The position numbers were made by a program, and so were the translations under genes. From an uncultured bacterium (GTDB lineage Bacteria > Patescibacteriota > Minisyncoccia > Phycocordibacterales > CAIJYI01), in assembly GCA_903824855.1 (NCBI GenBank), contig CAIJYI010000005.1, positions 1 to 49,985 on the forward strand: a DNA stretch of 49,985 bases, in the 5' to 3' direction. Positions within the stretch are counted from its first letter, which is position 1. Every line of letters starts with the position of its first letter. Below, one piece after another: positions 18,343-27,604 of the stretch. The notes below the pieces were generated by a model. The model did no database searches, was not told where the DNA came from, and was given only the letters and a program-made list of their open reading frames with translations.

Positions 18343-19836
18343 ATGACAGTCCAAAAGAAAAAAAGTATAGCTAAGGCTGAAGTGGAATCCCCCGAGAGTG
18401 CTGTAAAGTTGTATCTTCTTGATGCAAACATTCCGGTTCATGACCCGGCGGCAATTATACGTTTCCACGAACACGATATTTTTATCCCAACGGTTCTTCT
18501 TGAAGAACTTGATGGCTTAAAAAATGTTTCGGGTGAAGTGGGAAGAAACAGCAGACAAGCTTTGCAACTCATCGAACAACTTCAGAATCTTGCAGGACCG
18601 GATTATGATATAAAAAACGGGATACCGATTTCTTTATTATCTTCCGTTATTCTTTCTGATTCTGAACAACAGATTGCACCGACCGGAAGATTGTATTTTC
18701 AGGATTTTAGCGTTCCTAAACTTACGGATATTTTTAAAAAAGATATTCCTGATAATGAATATATTGCCGTAGCGCATCATCTCAAAACAGTTTTGGGTAA
18801 AAATGTTGTAATAATTTCAAACGACAGAAATATGCGAGTCAAAGCAAGAGTACTCAATATTGCTCGTCAGCCGTACAAAAACGATCAGGTTGTTGAAGAT
18901 ATTCAACTCCTTTATCGCGGAACATACGAACTTCCCGATAATTTCGTGGCTACGGCAGAAATCATCCGCACATGGAAAGAAGCTGATTTTCAACATTACG
19001 TTATAACAACAACCCTTGGAAAAGATTGGCGTATTAACGAGTTTCTCTATTCAAAAAATATAGTAGGAACAAATGTAACGGAAGATCAATACATGGTGCT
19101 TGAGCGAGATGCAAATACGATACACATTCGTACTATTCATGACTTTACCAAGACTTCCATTTGGGGGATCTTCGCAAAGAGCCGTGAACAAAATTTTGCA
19201 CTGAACGCATTAACAGATCCTGATATCGACTTTGTTACATTAGCCGGTCAAGCAGGATCAGGTAAAACTTTGCTCGCATTGGCGGCCGCTATTTATTGTA
19301 TACTTGAAAAAAATCAATATACTGAAATAATTTTCACCCGTGAGATTATTCCATTAGGAAAAGACCCCGGATCTCTTCCCGGAACGGAAGAAAAGAAAAT
19401 GGCGCCATGGCTTGGTGGTCTCTACAACAACCTTGAAGTTCTCGCCGAAAGCGGAGAGAAAAAAAAGGGCGATGCCGTAACCGACAAGTACATGCAAAAG
19501 AAAAAAATGCCTAATCCATACATTGATAACATTGTGGCAATAAAATCACTAAGTTTTATGCAAGGTTGCAGTTTGTTACGAAGAATATTTATCGTTGACG
19601 AAACGCAAAACCTTACCGCAAAACAAGCAAAAGAGTTGATAACACGTTCAGGCGAAGGATCAAAGGTAATTTTCCTTGGAAACTTGGCTCAGACGGCAAA
19701 TCCATATCTTTCAGCTACTTCATCAGGTTTGGCTCACGCTGTTGATCGTTCTAAATTTTATGATCACGGTTCACACATCACACTGATTGGTGTAAAGCGT
19801 TCGCGTCTTGCTGAATTCGCAGCGAATTACATGTAG
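18343..19836 (+). CDS. PIN-PhoH fusion (PhoH2/YlaK-like)
   Basis: PIN residues LLDAN, LEELDGLK, PDNE and SNDRNMRVKA; Walker A GQAGSGKT; IVDETQN; RSRLA. SD AAGGAGG; terminators at 18192-18220 and 19853-19885. Confidence 0.92.
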   Translation: MTVQKKKSIAKAEVESPESAVKLYLLDANIPVHDPAAIIRFHEHDIFIPTVLLEELDGLKNVSGEVGRNSRQALQLIEQLQNLAGPDYDIKNGIPISLLSSVILSDSEQQIAPTGRLYFQDFSVPKLTDIFKKDIPDNEYIAVAHHLKTVLGKNVVIISNDRNMRVKARVLNIARQPYKNDQVVEDIQLLYRGTYELPDNFVATAEIIRTWKEADFQHYVITTTLGKDWRINEFLYSKNIVGTNVTEDQYMVLERDANTIHIRTIHDFTKTSIWGIFAKSREQNFALNALTDPDIDFVTLAGQAGSGKTLLALAAAIYCILEKNQYTEIIFTREIIPLGKDPGSLPGTEEKKMAPWLGGLYNNLEVLAESGEKKKGDAVTDKYMQKKKMPNPYIDNIVAIKSLSFMQGCSLLRRIFIVDETQNLTAKQAKELITRSGEGSKVIFLGNLAQTANPYLSATSSGLAHAVDRSKFYDHGSHITLIGVKRSRLAEFAANYM

Positions 19837-19969
19837 TATTTTTAATTCATCCCCGCCGTGGTCATTGCACCACGGCGTTTTTTTTATTTTCGATGCACTT
19901 GATTTATTTATTGTATGTGGTTTAATAGAGTCTGGATTGAATTATTTATAATTATATATCGAGGAATAT

Positions 19970-21181
19970 ATGACTTACACAAAAACAGCGCAAAAATTTT
20001 ATGAAGACATCCTGACTCAAAAGCGAAATGATGGCTTATTCAAGGAGGAATATATCATTACTTCCCCGCAAGGATCATGGATTACTGTGCAATTTCCGGA
20101 AGGCGCGCCTGAAAAACGCGTTCTCAATTTATGTTCAAATAACTATCTTGGATTATCTTCACATCCTGACATTATCAAATCAGCACATGATGGGCTTGAT
20201 AAACGAGGATATGGAATGAGCTCGGTTCGCTTCATCTGCGGAACGCAGGATACTCATCGCGAACTGGAGAAAAAAATGTCTTCCTTTCTTGGGACTGAAG
20301 ACACTATTTTGTTCGGTTCATGTTTCGATGCCAATGGTGCTGTTTTTGAGGCTTTGCTCACCGAAGAGGACGCAATATTCTCCGACCAGCTCGTTCATGC
20401 TTCAATTATTGACGGCGAACGATTAGCGAAAAAAGTCACCCGTTTCATTTATCCTCATAGTGATATGACGGAGCTTGAGAAACTTCTCAAAGAAAGCAAC
20501 GCGCGAATCAAAATGATTATCACCGATGGAGTCTTCTCTATGGACGGCGATATTGCAAAGCTTGATGAAATAACAGAACTCGCTGAAAAATATCAGGCAA
20601 TGGTTTTTGTAGATGATTCTCATTCAACCGGTTTTATCGGAAAAACAGGGCGAGGCACTGCTGAATATTATGGTGTTATGGATAAGGTAGATCTTATCAC
20701 CACCACTTTCGGTAAAGCTCTCGGAGGTGCGACGGGTGGCTGTGTATCAGGAAAAAAAGAAATGATTGCCATGCTTAGACAAGCAGGTCGTCCCTATCTT
20801 TTCTCTAATGCCCTCATGCCGGCTGTTGTGTCTGCCACAATAAAAGTTCTCGATATACTTTCTGAAAATACTGACCGACGCGATAAACTTGCGGAACTCG
20901 CAATATTTTGGAGAGAGTCATTGGAAAAGGCCGGCTTTGAATTAAAAGCGGGAAATACCCCAATCATTCCGATTATGCTGTATGATGCAAAACTTGCTCA
21001 AGATTTCGCTCGCGAATTATTTGAGGAAGGTGTCTACGTCCGCGGTTTCTTCTTCCCTGTCGTCGCTCAAGGCCAAGCGAGAATACGCACGCAGATGTCT
21101 GCAGGACTTGAAAAAGCTGACCTCGAAACAGCGCTTCAATCTTTCATAAAAGTAGGAAAGAAACTTGGAGTAATCAAATAG
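19970..21181 (+). CDS. kbl: Glycine C-acetyltransferase (2-amino-3-ketobutyrate CoA ligase)
   Basis: NLCSNNYLGL, SVRFICGTQ, HASIIDG, DGVFSMDG, VDDSH, TFGKALGGATGG, RPYLFSN and ARIRTQMSA. Confidence 0.93.
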   Translation: MTYTKTAQKFYEDILTQKRNDGLFKEEYIITSPQGSWITVQFPEGAPEKRVLNLCSNNYLGLSSHPDIIKSAHDGLDKRGYGMSSVRFICGTQDTHRELEKKMSSFLGTEDTILFGSCFDANGAVFEALLTEEDAIFSDQLVHASIIDGERLAKKVTRFIYPHSDMTELEKLLKESNARIKMIITDGVFSMDGDIAKLDEITELAEKYQAMVFVDDSHSTGFIGKTGRGTAEYYGVMDKVDLITTTFGKALGGATGGCVSGKKEMIAMLRQAGRPYLFSNALMPAVVSATIKVLDILSENTDRRDKLAELAIFWRESLEKAGFELKAGNTPIIPIMLYDAKLAQDFARELFEEGVYVRGFFFPVVAQGQARIRTQMSAGLEKADLETALQSFIKVGKKLGVIK

Positions 21182-21227
21182 AAAAAAATTAAACCCCGCT
21201 AGTCGTTAAACGACTGCGGGGTTTTTC

Positions 21228-21449
21228 TTAGTCTATATAATCGTGTTTGAACATCAAAGGAATAAAATCTTCCCAATCTCCATGAAATGAAGCAATTTGC
21301 TGATTCATTTTACTTCGAATTTTTCTTTTTTCAGAACGAACACAAACGGTTGAATCACCATAGAACTTTCTTTTACCTTGATATCGTTCATTCCAATGAA
21401 GTGGAATTCCACGACGGCTTTTCATTGCAATAACAACGGCCTTACGCAT
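21228..21449 (-). CDS. Small basic hypothetical protein (73 aa)
   Basis: SD AAGGAG, a TTGACA..TATCAT-like promoter around 21475-21506, and flanking hairpins at 21191-21226 and 21509-21538. Confidence 0.65.
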   Translation of the reverse strand: MRKAVVIAMKSRRGIPLHWNERYQGKRKFYGDSTVCVRSEKRKIRSKMNQQIASFHGDWEDFIPLMFKHDYID

Positions 21450-21546
21450 TTTTTTCTCCTTCGGTTTTACTCAACATGATATAACATTTTATTTAATTTA
21501 TGTCAACAAAAAACCGCCCTCAAACTGAGAGCGGTTTTGGTATTTA

Positions 21547-21993
21547 TTATTCAGCGGCGTTAATGATGAGTTTGAACTTCCCTTTCTTTTCTCCAATGAC
21601 TACCGGGATTTCGTGTTCTCCAACGTCTTTGACGGGTTTATCGATGGCGATGTATTCGGCGGGAATATCCAATCCGGAGAGTTCTTTCAATTTTGCTGAA
21701 AGTTCTTCCTTGTGAATTGCGGCGAAAAGGTGACCTTGTTCGTTGGCTTTTTCAGTGAGGGTGATGACTGTTTCTGCGAGATCTTTTAAGTTCTTCTGGA
21801 GAAGAGCTTCGTCAATCTTCTTTAATTCAGCCTCAGATTTTCTAAATTTTTCAACCTTCTTTTCGGTATCTTTTGTTGCAATTTCGACATACTTCTTCGG
21901 CAAAAGGAAATTGTTCGCGTATCCGTCGGAAACCTCCTTTATTTCATATTTTTTCCCGATTCTCGGGACATCCTTCAAAAATAAGACCTTCAT
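21547..21993 (-). CDS. rplI: 50S ribosomal protein L9
   Basis: [36 protein letters not shown] and PVKDVGEH. Confidence 0.96.
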   Translation of the reverse strand: MKVLFLKDVPRIGKKYEIKEVSDGYANNFLLPKKYVEIATKDTEKKVEKFRKSEAELKKIDEALLQKNLKDLAETVITLTEKANEQGHLFAAIHKEELSAKLKELSGLDIPAEYIAIDKPVKDVGEHEIPVVIGEKKGKFKLIINAAE

Positions 21994-22062
21994 AGTGTTT
22001 ATTTATTATTATTATTTAACGTTGTTCTATTCTACACAAATTCCGGAAAAAAGCAAAAAATC

Positions 22063-23295
22063 CTATTTCCAATTATTCAGCACGGAGATTGCCTTGTCCT
22101 GCTGAGGATCAATTTTTTTATCATAATCAGCCTGCGTCCTTTTTACCAAAAACTCGGGTGTTATACCTCCATTTGAAATCGAATTTCCGTTCGGCGTTAA
22201 CCATCTGGCAATCGTAACTTTTAAGAAGGTATTGTCGGTTACCGGAACCATTTCTTGAACTGTTCCTTTGCCGAAGGTTTTATCTCCGACAAGCTTTGCA
22301 ACTCCCTGTTCAGAGAGTGCTCCCGCTAGAATTTCAGAAGCGGATGCCGAGCCACCGTCAACGAGTATGACAAACTTCAAATTTTTATTAAATATATCGT
22401 ATCCGAGACTTCGGTGAATTGGACCTGCTCCTCTAATTCCATAATCTTCTCTCACGATAACGTCGCCGGCCGGTAAGAACCAACTCGCCATACTTACGGC
22501 AGCTTCAAGATATCCACCGGGATTGCCTCTCAAATCAAGTATGAGTTTATCGTTACCTTGTTTTTCATTACTCCATGCGACAAAATCTCGAAGTGCATTT
22601 CTGAATAAGGTTGGTGAATTTTCGGAGAAACTAAAAAGCCGAATTATAAAAATTCCATCCGCCCTTTTTTCCGTCTCGATATTTGGAACTTCGATTGTCC
22701 CGCGAGTGACTGAAATTATCAACGGTTCCTTTATGTCGGCTCGAATAATAGTGAGAGCAACTTTTGTTCCCTCTACTCCGCGTATAAGTTTTACCGCCTC
22801 ATCAGCGCTTAATTTAGAGGTGAAAGTACTGTCAATTTTATAAATCTTATCCCCCGCTCGAATCCCCGCTTTTTCTGCAGGCGTTCCTTTGAGAGGAGAA
22901 ATAACGGTAAGTATATTATCGCGAATACCGATTTCCATTCCAACACCGGAGAATTTGCCGGCGATATCGCCTTCGAATATCTTTGCATCAGACGGTGGAA
23001 AAAAAGTGGTATATGGATCACCGGTGGATTCAGCGAGACCTTTAATGGCACCATAAACTTTCTGTTGGTCGGTAGTTGAAGCGGAGAAAATATATTTTTC
23101 ATCCAAAATACTCCATGTTTTCCAAAACGGTGCAAAATCAATCATTCCTGACTGAATGGAATTTTTATTGGAAATAGTAATACTTTTCTCTGAATTTAGT
23201 CGTATTCTTGAATCGACGTACATCCCGAGAAAAAAGACCAATCCCGTAGCAAAAAATACGGAAATAGAGAGTATGATTTTTGTTTTTCTTTTCAT
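22063..23295 (-). CDS. S41 C-terminal processing protease (PDZ + peptidase)
   Basis: N-terminal TM, DPYT, PDZ (GVGMEI..PAEKAGIRAGD), LDLRGNPGG, SASASEI and TFGKGTVQ. Confidence 0.95.
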   Translation of the reverse strand: MKRKTKIILSISVFFATGLVFFLGMYVDSRIRLNSEKSITISNKNSIQSGMIDFAPFWKTWSILDEKYIFSASTTDQQKVYGAIKGLAESTGDPYTTFFPPSDAKIFEGDIAGKFSGVGMEIGIRDNILTVISPLKGTPAEKAGIRAGDKIYKIDSTFTSKLSADEAVKLIRGVEGTKVALTIIRADIKEPLIISVTRGTIEVPNIETEKRADGIFIIRLFSFSENSPTLFRNALRDFVAWSNEKQGNDKLILDLRGNPGGYLEAAVSMASWFLPAGDVIVREDYGIRGAGPIHRSLGYDIFNKNLKFVILVDGGSASASEILAGALSEQGVAKLVGDKTFGKGTVQEMVPVTDNTFLKVTIARWLTPNGNSISNGGITPEFLVKRTQADYDKKIDPQQDKAISVLNNWK

Positions 23296-23393
23296 TGAAT
23301 TGAATTATCTCAAAAAAAAACCGCTTGGTCAATGCTGATAAAATATGAATGTCAGTTTGAAAACAATTGTCAATACTGTATAATGGAATCAAC

Positions 23394-24308
23394 ATGATAA
23401 CACGATACAAACACGACGACATAACATGGGTTGATGTTGAATCGCCCACAAAAGAAGATATTCTTTTACTCACCAAAGAATTCAATCTTCACCCACTGGC
23501 GGCGAGTGAACTCCCGTTGCCGACCTTGCGTCCAAAGGTAGATATGTACGGAGATGCGCTTTATCTTATTCTTCATTTCCCGGCATTCCGTCATTCTCAC
23601 GGGCCCGATTCAAGACAAGAAGTAGATTTTATTATCGGCAAAAAATATCTCATTACGGTTCGTTATGACGGTATCGACACTATTCACAAGTTCTCAAAAG
23701 AATTTGAGGTCAATTCCCTTTTAGACAAACACGAGATAGGAAATCATGCGGGTTATCTCTTTTTCTCTATGATAAAGAAACTCTACCGATCTCTTGAACA
23801 CGAGCTTGATAGCATAGAAGTACGTCTGAAATTGGCGGAATCAAAAATTTTCAAAGGAGAAGAAGGAAAAATGGTTGAGGTTTTATCTTACTTAAATCGG
23901 GATTTGCTCGATTTCAAACAGGCAATTCGTCCTCACATGGAAGTTCTCAAAACTTTTGAAACGATTTCGGTTAAATTCTTTGGTGACGAATTTTCCTTCT
24001 ATATCCGTTCAATTTTTGGCGAATATCATAAAGTGGCAAACATGTTGGAAGCACATAAAGAAATGCTGAAAGATCTTCGAGATACAAACGATTCATTGCT
24101 CACCACAAAAACAAGTATTATCATGAAGCGTCTTACTTTCGTTTCTTTCGCAACCTTTCCTCCTATGTTGATTGCCGGAATCTTTGGAATGAACGCAACG
24201 AATATGCCCGTCGTTGAGATGAAAAACGACTTCTGGATTATTATTGGTGGAATGATAATTTTTACCTCATCGATTATTGCTTTCTTCTTTTATAAAAAAT
24301 GGCTGTGA
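23394..24308 (+). CDS. corA: CorA-family Mg/Co transporter
   Basis: TWVDVESPT, LHPL, RPKVD, and GIFGMN between two C-terminal TM helices. Confidence 0.93.
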   Translation: MITRYKHDDITWVDVESPTKEDILLLTKEFNLHPLAASELPLPTLRPKVDMYGDALYLILHFPAFRHSHGPDSRQEVDFIIGKKYLITVRYDGIDTIHKFSKEFEVNSLLDKHEIGNHAGYLFFSMIKKLYRSLEHELDSIEVRLKLAESKIFKGEEGKMVEVLSYLNRDLLDFKQAIRPHMEVLKTFETISVKFFGDEFSFYIRSIFGEYHKVANMLEAHKEMLKDLRDTNDSLLTTKTSIIMKRLTFVSFATFPPMLIAGIFGMNATNMPVVEMKNDFWIIIGGMIIFTSSIIAFFFYKKWL

Positions 24309-25723
24309 TTAAATTATATAATACGCTCTCTCGTGACCTAGACGCTTTTATCCCCATTCAGGAAGGGGTTGTTCACATGTATAACTGCGGTCCGACTGTT
24401 TATCATTATGCGCATATTGGAAATCTCCGTGCGTATGTTTTTGCTGATTTACTGAGAAAAACACTTGAATACAATAAATACAAGGTCAAACAAATTGTTA
24501 ACATCACTGACGTAGGACATCTCGTTTCTGATGAAGATGAAGGCGAAGACAAAATGGAAAAAGGTTCGGCGCGTGAAGGAAAAACCGCCCAAGAAATTGC
24601 TGAATTTTATACGGCTTCATTTTATTCTGACCTTGCGAAATTAAATGTTGAAAAGGCTTTCAAATATACTAAGGCAACCGAACACATCCAAGAACAGATT
24701 GCTCTTATACAAAGACTCGAAGAAAAAGGATTCACCTACCAGACGAGTGACGGATTATATTTTGATACCGCAAAATATCCCGACTATGGAAAACTCGCCC
24801 GATTAGATATAAGCGGACTGCAAGAAGGAGCACGAGTTGAAACAAACGAAGAAAAAATAAATCGCACCGATTTTGCTTTGTGGAAATTTTCCAAACCCGA
24901 AGAAAAACGACAACAGGAATGGCCGTCACCTTGGGGTACCGGTTTTCCCGGCTGGCACATTGAATGCTCCGCGATGGCGATGAAATACCTCGGTGAAACT
25001 TTTGATATTCACACCGGAGGAATTGATCACATTCCGGTTCATCACACAAACGAAATAGCACAGGCAGAATGCGCGACCGGAAAGAAATTTGTGAACTATT
25101 GGTTGCATTCTGGTTTTGTAAATATTGAAGGAGGAAAAATGGCAAAATCGGCTGATAATTTCGTTCGAATGGCAACTCTGGAAGAACGAGGAATTTCGCC
25201 TCTGGCATACCGATATTGGCTTTTAACTGCACATTACAGAAAGACCATAAACTTCACCTGGGAGGCTGTAGAAGGCGCACAAACGGCATTAAAGAAGCTC
25301 CACGAAGCATTTAACCTCTATGGGGATAATCATGGGATACCGAACGCCGATTACCTCTTAAAATTCGAAACATTCATAAACGACGACCTCGAATCAGCCG
25401 GCGCTATTGCTTTGCTCTGGGATCTGACAAAAGATGATTCCGTATCAAACGAAGGTAAAAAGGCTTCTATTCTTGAATTCGAAAAAGTTCTCGGACTCGG
25501 ATTCGGTTGGAGTAAAGAAAAGCTTGCAGAGTTTGGACTCAAGTTTGAAACGGTTGTAAAAGAATCAGATATTCCGGAGGATTTACAAAAACTTATAGAC
25601 GAACGAAAAACGGCACGCGCCGAAAAAAACTGGAAACGAAGCGACGAGATACGGGATTTGATTTCAGAAGCGGGATATAAAATAACGGATAGCAGTGAAG
25701 GAACAAGTATAAGTAAGATTTAA
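24299..25723 (+). CDS. cysS: Cysteine--tRNA ligase
   Basis: CGPTVY..AHIGN, NITDV, DFALWK, GFPGWHIECSAM, HTGGIDH and KMAKS; overlaps the corA end. Confidence 0.97.
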   Translation: MAVIKLYNTLSRDLDAFIPIQEGVVHMYNCGPTVYHYAHIGNLRAYVFADLLRKTLEYNKYKVKQIVNITDVGHLVSDEDEGEDKMEKGSAREGKTAQEIAEFYTASFYSDLAKLNVEKAFKYTKATEHIQEQIALIQRLEEKGFTYQTSDGLYFDTAKYPDYGKLARLDISGLQEGARVETNEEKINRTDFALWKFSKPEEKRQQEWPSPWGTGFPGWHIECSAMAMKYLGETFDIHTGGIDHIPVHHTNEIAQAECATGKKFVNYWLHSGFVNIEGGKMAKSADNFVRMATLEERGISPLAYRYWLLTAHYRKTINFTWEAVEGAQTALKKLHEAFNLYGDNHGIPNADYLLKFETFINDDLESAGAIALLWDLTKDDSVSNEGKKASILEFEKVLGLGFGWSKEKLAEFGLKFETVVKESDIPEDLQKLIDERKTARAEKNWKRSDEIRDLISEAGYKITDSSEGTSISKI

Positions 25724-25759
25724 TAAAAGAAACGCCCGCAATATTTGCGGGCGTTTTTA

Positions 25760-26509
25760 TTATTTCCACTTGGATTCTTGAAGTGAAATATTGCTAGGAT
25801 AATAGCTTTCAGCCGTAGCGTTTCCGACTTCCGGTCTGACGAGATATAATCGGCAATTGTTGTTCCTATATAGCATAGCATCACTTCTTGCAACCATTTT
25901 TGGTCCAACAATGACCAATGGCTCAAAACCAATAATGGCTTGAATGATTTCTGAGAGAAGCCTAATAGAAGATTTATACGTTGCCCGTGTTGCCTTCGCC
26001 TCAGTAATAAAAGAAGAAGGAACGGACTCATCTAATATAAAATTTCCGCCGGCAAGAACGATATCAATGGTTTCATTTCTACAGAGTTTTTTCAACTTCA
26101 GAAGTCTTGATGAAAAATCAATGATAAATTTTTCTCCGTATTCATCGGCCGATAAAAATTTAATCGGATCTTGATGACTCAAAAAAGAAATACGCTTTCC
26201 TGTTATTCTGTGAACGCCGGTGGCAACGACAGAGGTGCAGTCATCCAGATATCTGGACAACTTATCTCTTTCACTGATTTCTGAAATTACATAAGTGTTT
26301 GGTCCCGCGGTCATTCCACTCGTTAATCCAGAGTGATAATCGACGCATTCGATTTCACTTTCATCGTCACTACTTGGGCTGAGAAGAAAATCTCGGACAC
26401 CCTCTGTATCACCATCAAAATCGCTAAATGTCCCCAAACAGGCGGTTATCAATTTTGTCGACGTTTTAAAATGACTCAATTTTTGAGCCTTTTGCTTAAT
26501 AGATTTCAT
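25760..26509 (-). CDS. Hypothetical protein, possible CheD/CNF1/YfiH-like Cys-His hydrolase
   Basis: LDDCTSVV, FLSHQDP and DIVLAGG; SD AGGAGG. Confidence 0.7.
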   Translation of the reverse strand: MKSIKQKAQKLSHFKTSTKLITACLGTFSDFDGDTEGVRDFLLSPSSDDESEIECVDYHSGLTSGMTAGPNTYVISEISERDKLSRYLDDCTSVVATGVHRITGKRISFLSHQDPIKFLSADEYGEKFIIDFSSRLLKLKKLCRNETIDIVLAGGNFILDESVPSSFITEAKATRATYKSSIRLLSEIIQAIIGFEPLVIVGPKMVARSDAMLYRNNNCRLYLVRPEVGNATAESYYPSNISLQESKWK

Positions 26510-26584
26510 GTAACCCTCCTATTGATAAGGTTATAACTTTCTGTTTTTAGCATACCACAGAAAATATGGTTTGTCTATTATCTA

Positions 26585-27589
26585 TTATTTCAGATATTTA
26601 ATTTTATTGGAGATATGTTCCGAAAAAGTCTTTGCATAATGCATCGTTCCATCTTTTCCGGAAAGATAATATAAGTAATCGGTCGCAGTTGGTTCAATCG
26701 ACGCAATAATAGAGTCTAGGCCGGGGTTACAGATTGGACCGGGGGGAAGTCCTTTATATTCGTAAGTATTATATTTAGAATCGATATGCAAATCTTGCGC
26801 GGTAAGGTCATAGGTAGATTTTCCGTTTACATAACTAAACGTTGCGTCAACCTGAAGCGGCATGCCAATTTTAATTCTTTTCCATAATATTCCGGAAACT
26901 ATTCTCCTGCTCTCGGGAGTTACTGTTTCTCTTTCAATAATGGACGCCATGGTCAAAATATCATGAAGAGATTTTTTAGATGCAAGTATTTTTTCGTTAA
27001 GAGGATTGATTTTTGTTTGGAAATCATCTTTCATTTTCGTAATCACCTCCTCGGGTTTAGTGGCTATGGAAAAGAAATAGGTATCAGGAAATAAATATCC
27101 TTCTTCATTCGAAGCGAGTGATACAAATCTATCGGCATCAAAAGGAGGAATTTGATCTTTGATATATTTGGAAATCTCTTTTACATCGGAGCCTTCGGGG
27201 ATTAAAATTTTAAAGCGCGGAATATGAAAATCAGCGGCTGATAATCTATCGGCAACACTGACAAGACAAAGTCGCGTATCAAAATAATATTTTCCGGCGG
27301 AGACAAATTTATCGCTTTTGAAAAATCGAAAGTATTCGCGAAAAACAAACGGAGAACTTATTATTCCCTGTTCATGAAGAATGTCTGCTACCTGATACAA
27401 AGTGGAACCTTCCGGAATATCGACATAGGATTTTACAGGAAAGGATGTGGGTGGGAGAAAAAGGACCGACAGAAGATAGGAGATAACGGCGACGATAATA
27501 GTGAAACCGGCAAGCAAAACATTCCGGATGCGGTGAGAAACCGCAACCGGTGTTACCATATCAGTCTCCATTTGTGTATTAGTACCCAT
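26585..27589 (-). CDS. mltG: Endolytic transglycosylase MltG
   Basis: TM, IPEG twice, EGYLFPDTY, MASIIERE, GMPLQVDAT, YNTY and GLPPGPICNPG. Confidence 0.95.
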   Translation of the reverse strand: MGTNTQMETDMVTPVAVSHRIRNVLLAGFTIIVAVISYLLSVLFLPPTSFPVKSYVDIPEGSTLYQVADILHEQGIISSPFVFREYFRFFKSDKFVSAGKYYFDTRLCLVSVADRLSAADFHIPRFKILIPEGSDVKEISKYIKDQIPPFDADRFVSLASNEEGYLFPDTYFFSIATKPEEVITKMKDDFQTKINPLNEKILASKKSLHDILTMASIIERETVTPESRRIVSGILWKRIKIGMPLQVDATFSYVNGKSTYDLTAQDLHIDSKYNTYEYKGLPPGPICNPGLDSIIASIEPTATDYLYYLSGKDGTMHYAKTFSEHISNKIKYLK

Positions 27590-27604
27590 TCGTATATTAG
27601 AATT

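Noticed and set aside
24299-24308. Alternative genetic code (TGA = Gly, as in Gracilibacteria/Absconditabacteria)
   Set aside because: All conserved genes are full length under code 11, and corA ends at TGA at the expected position.
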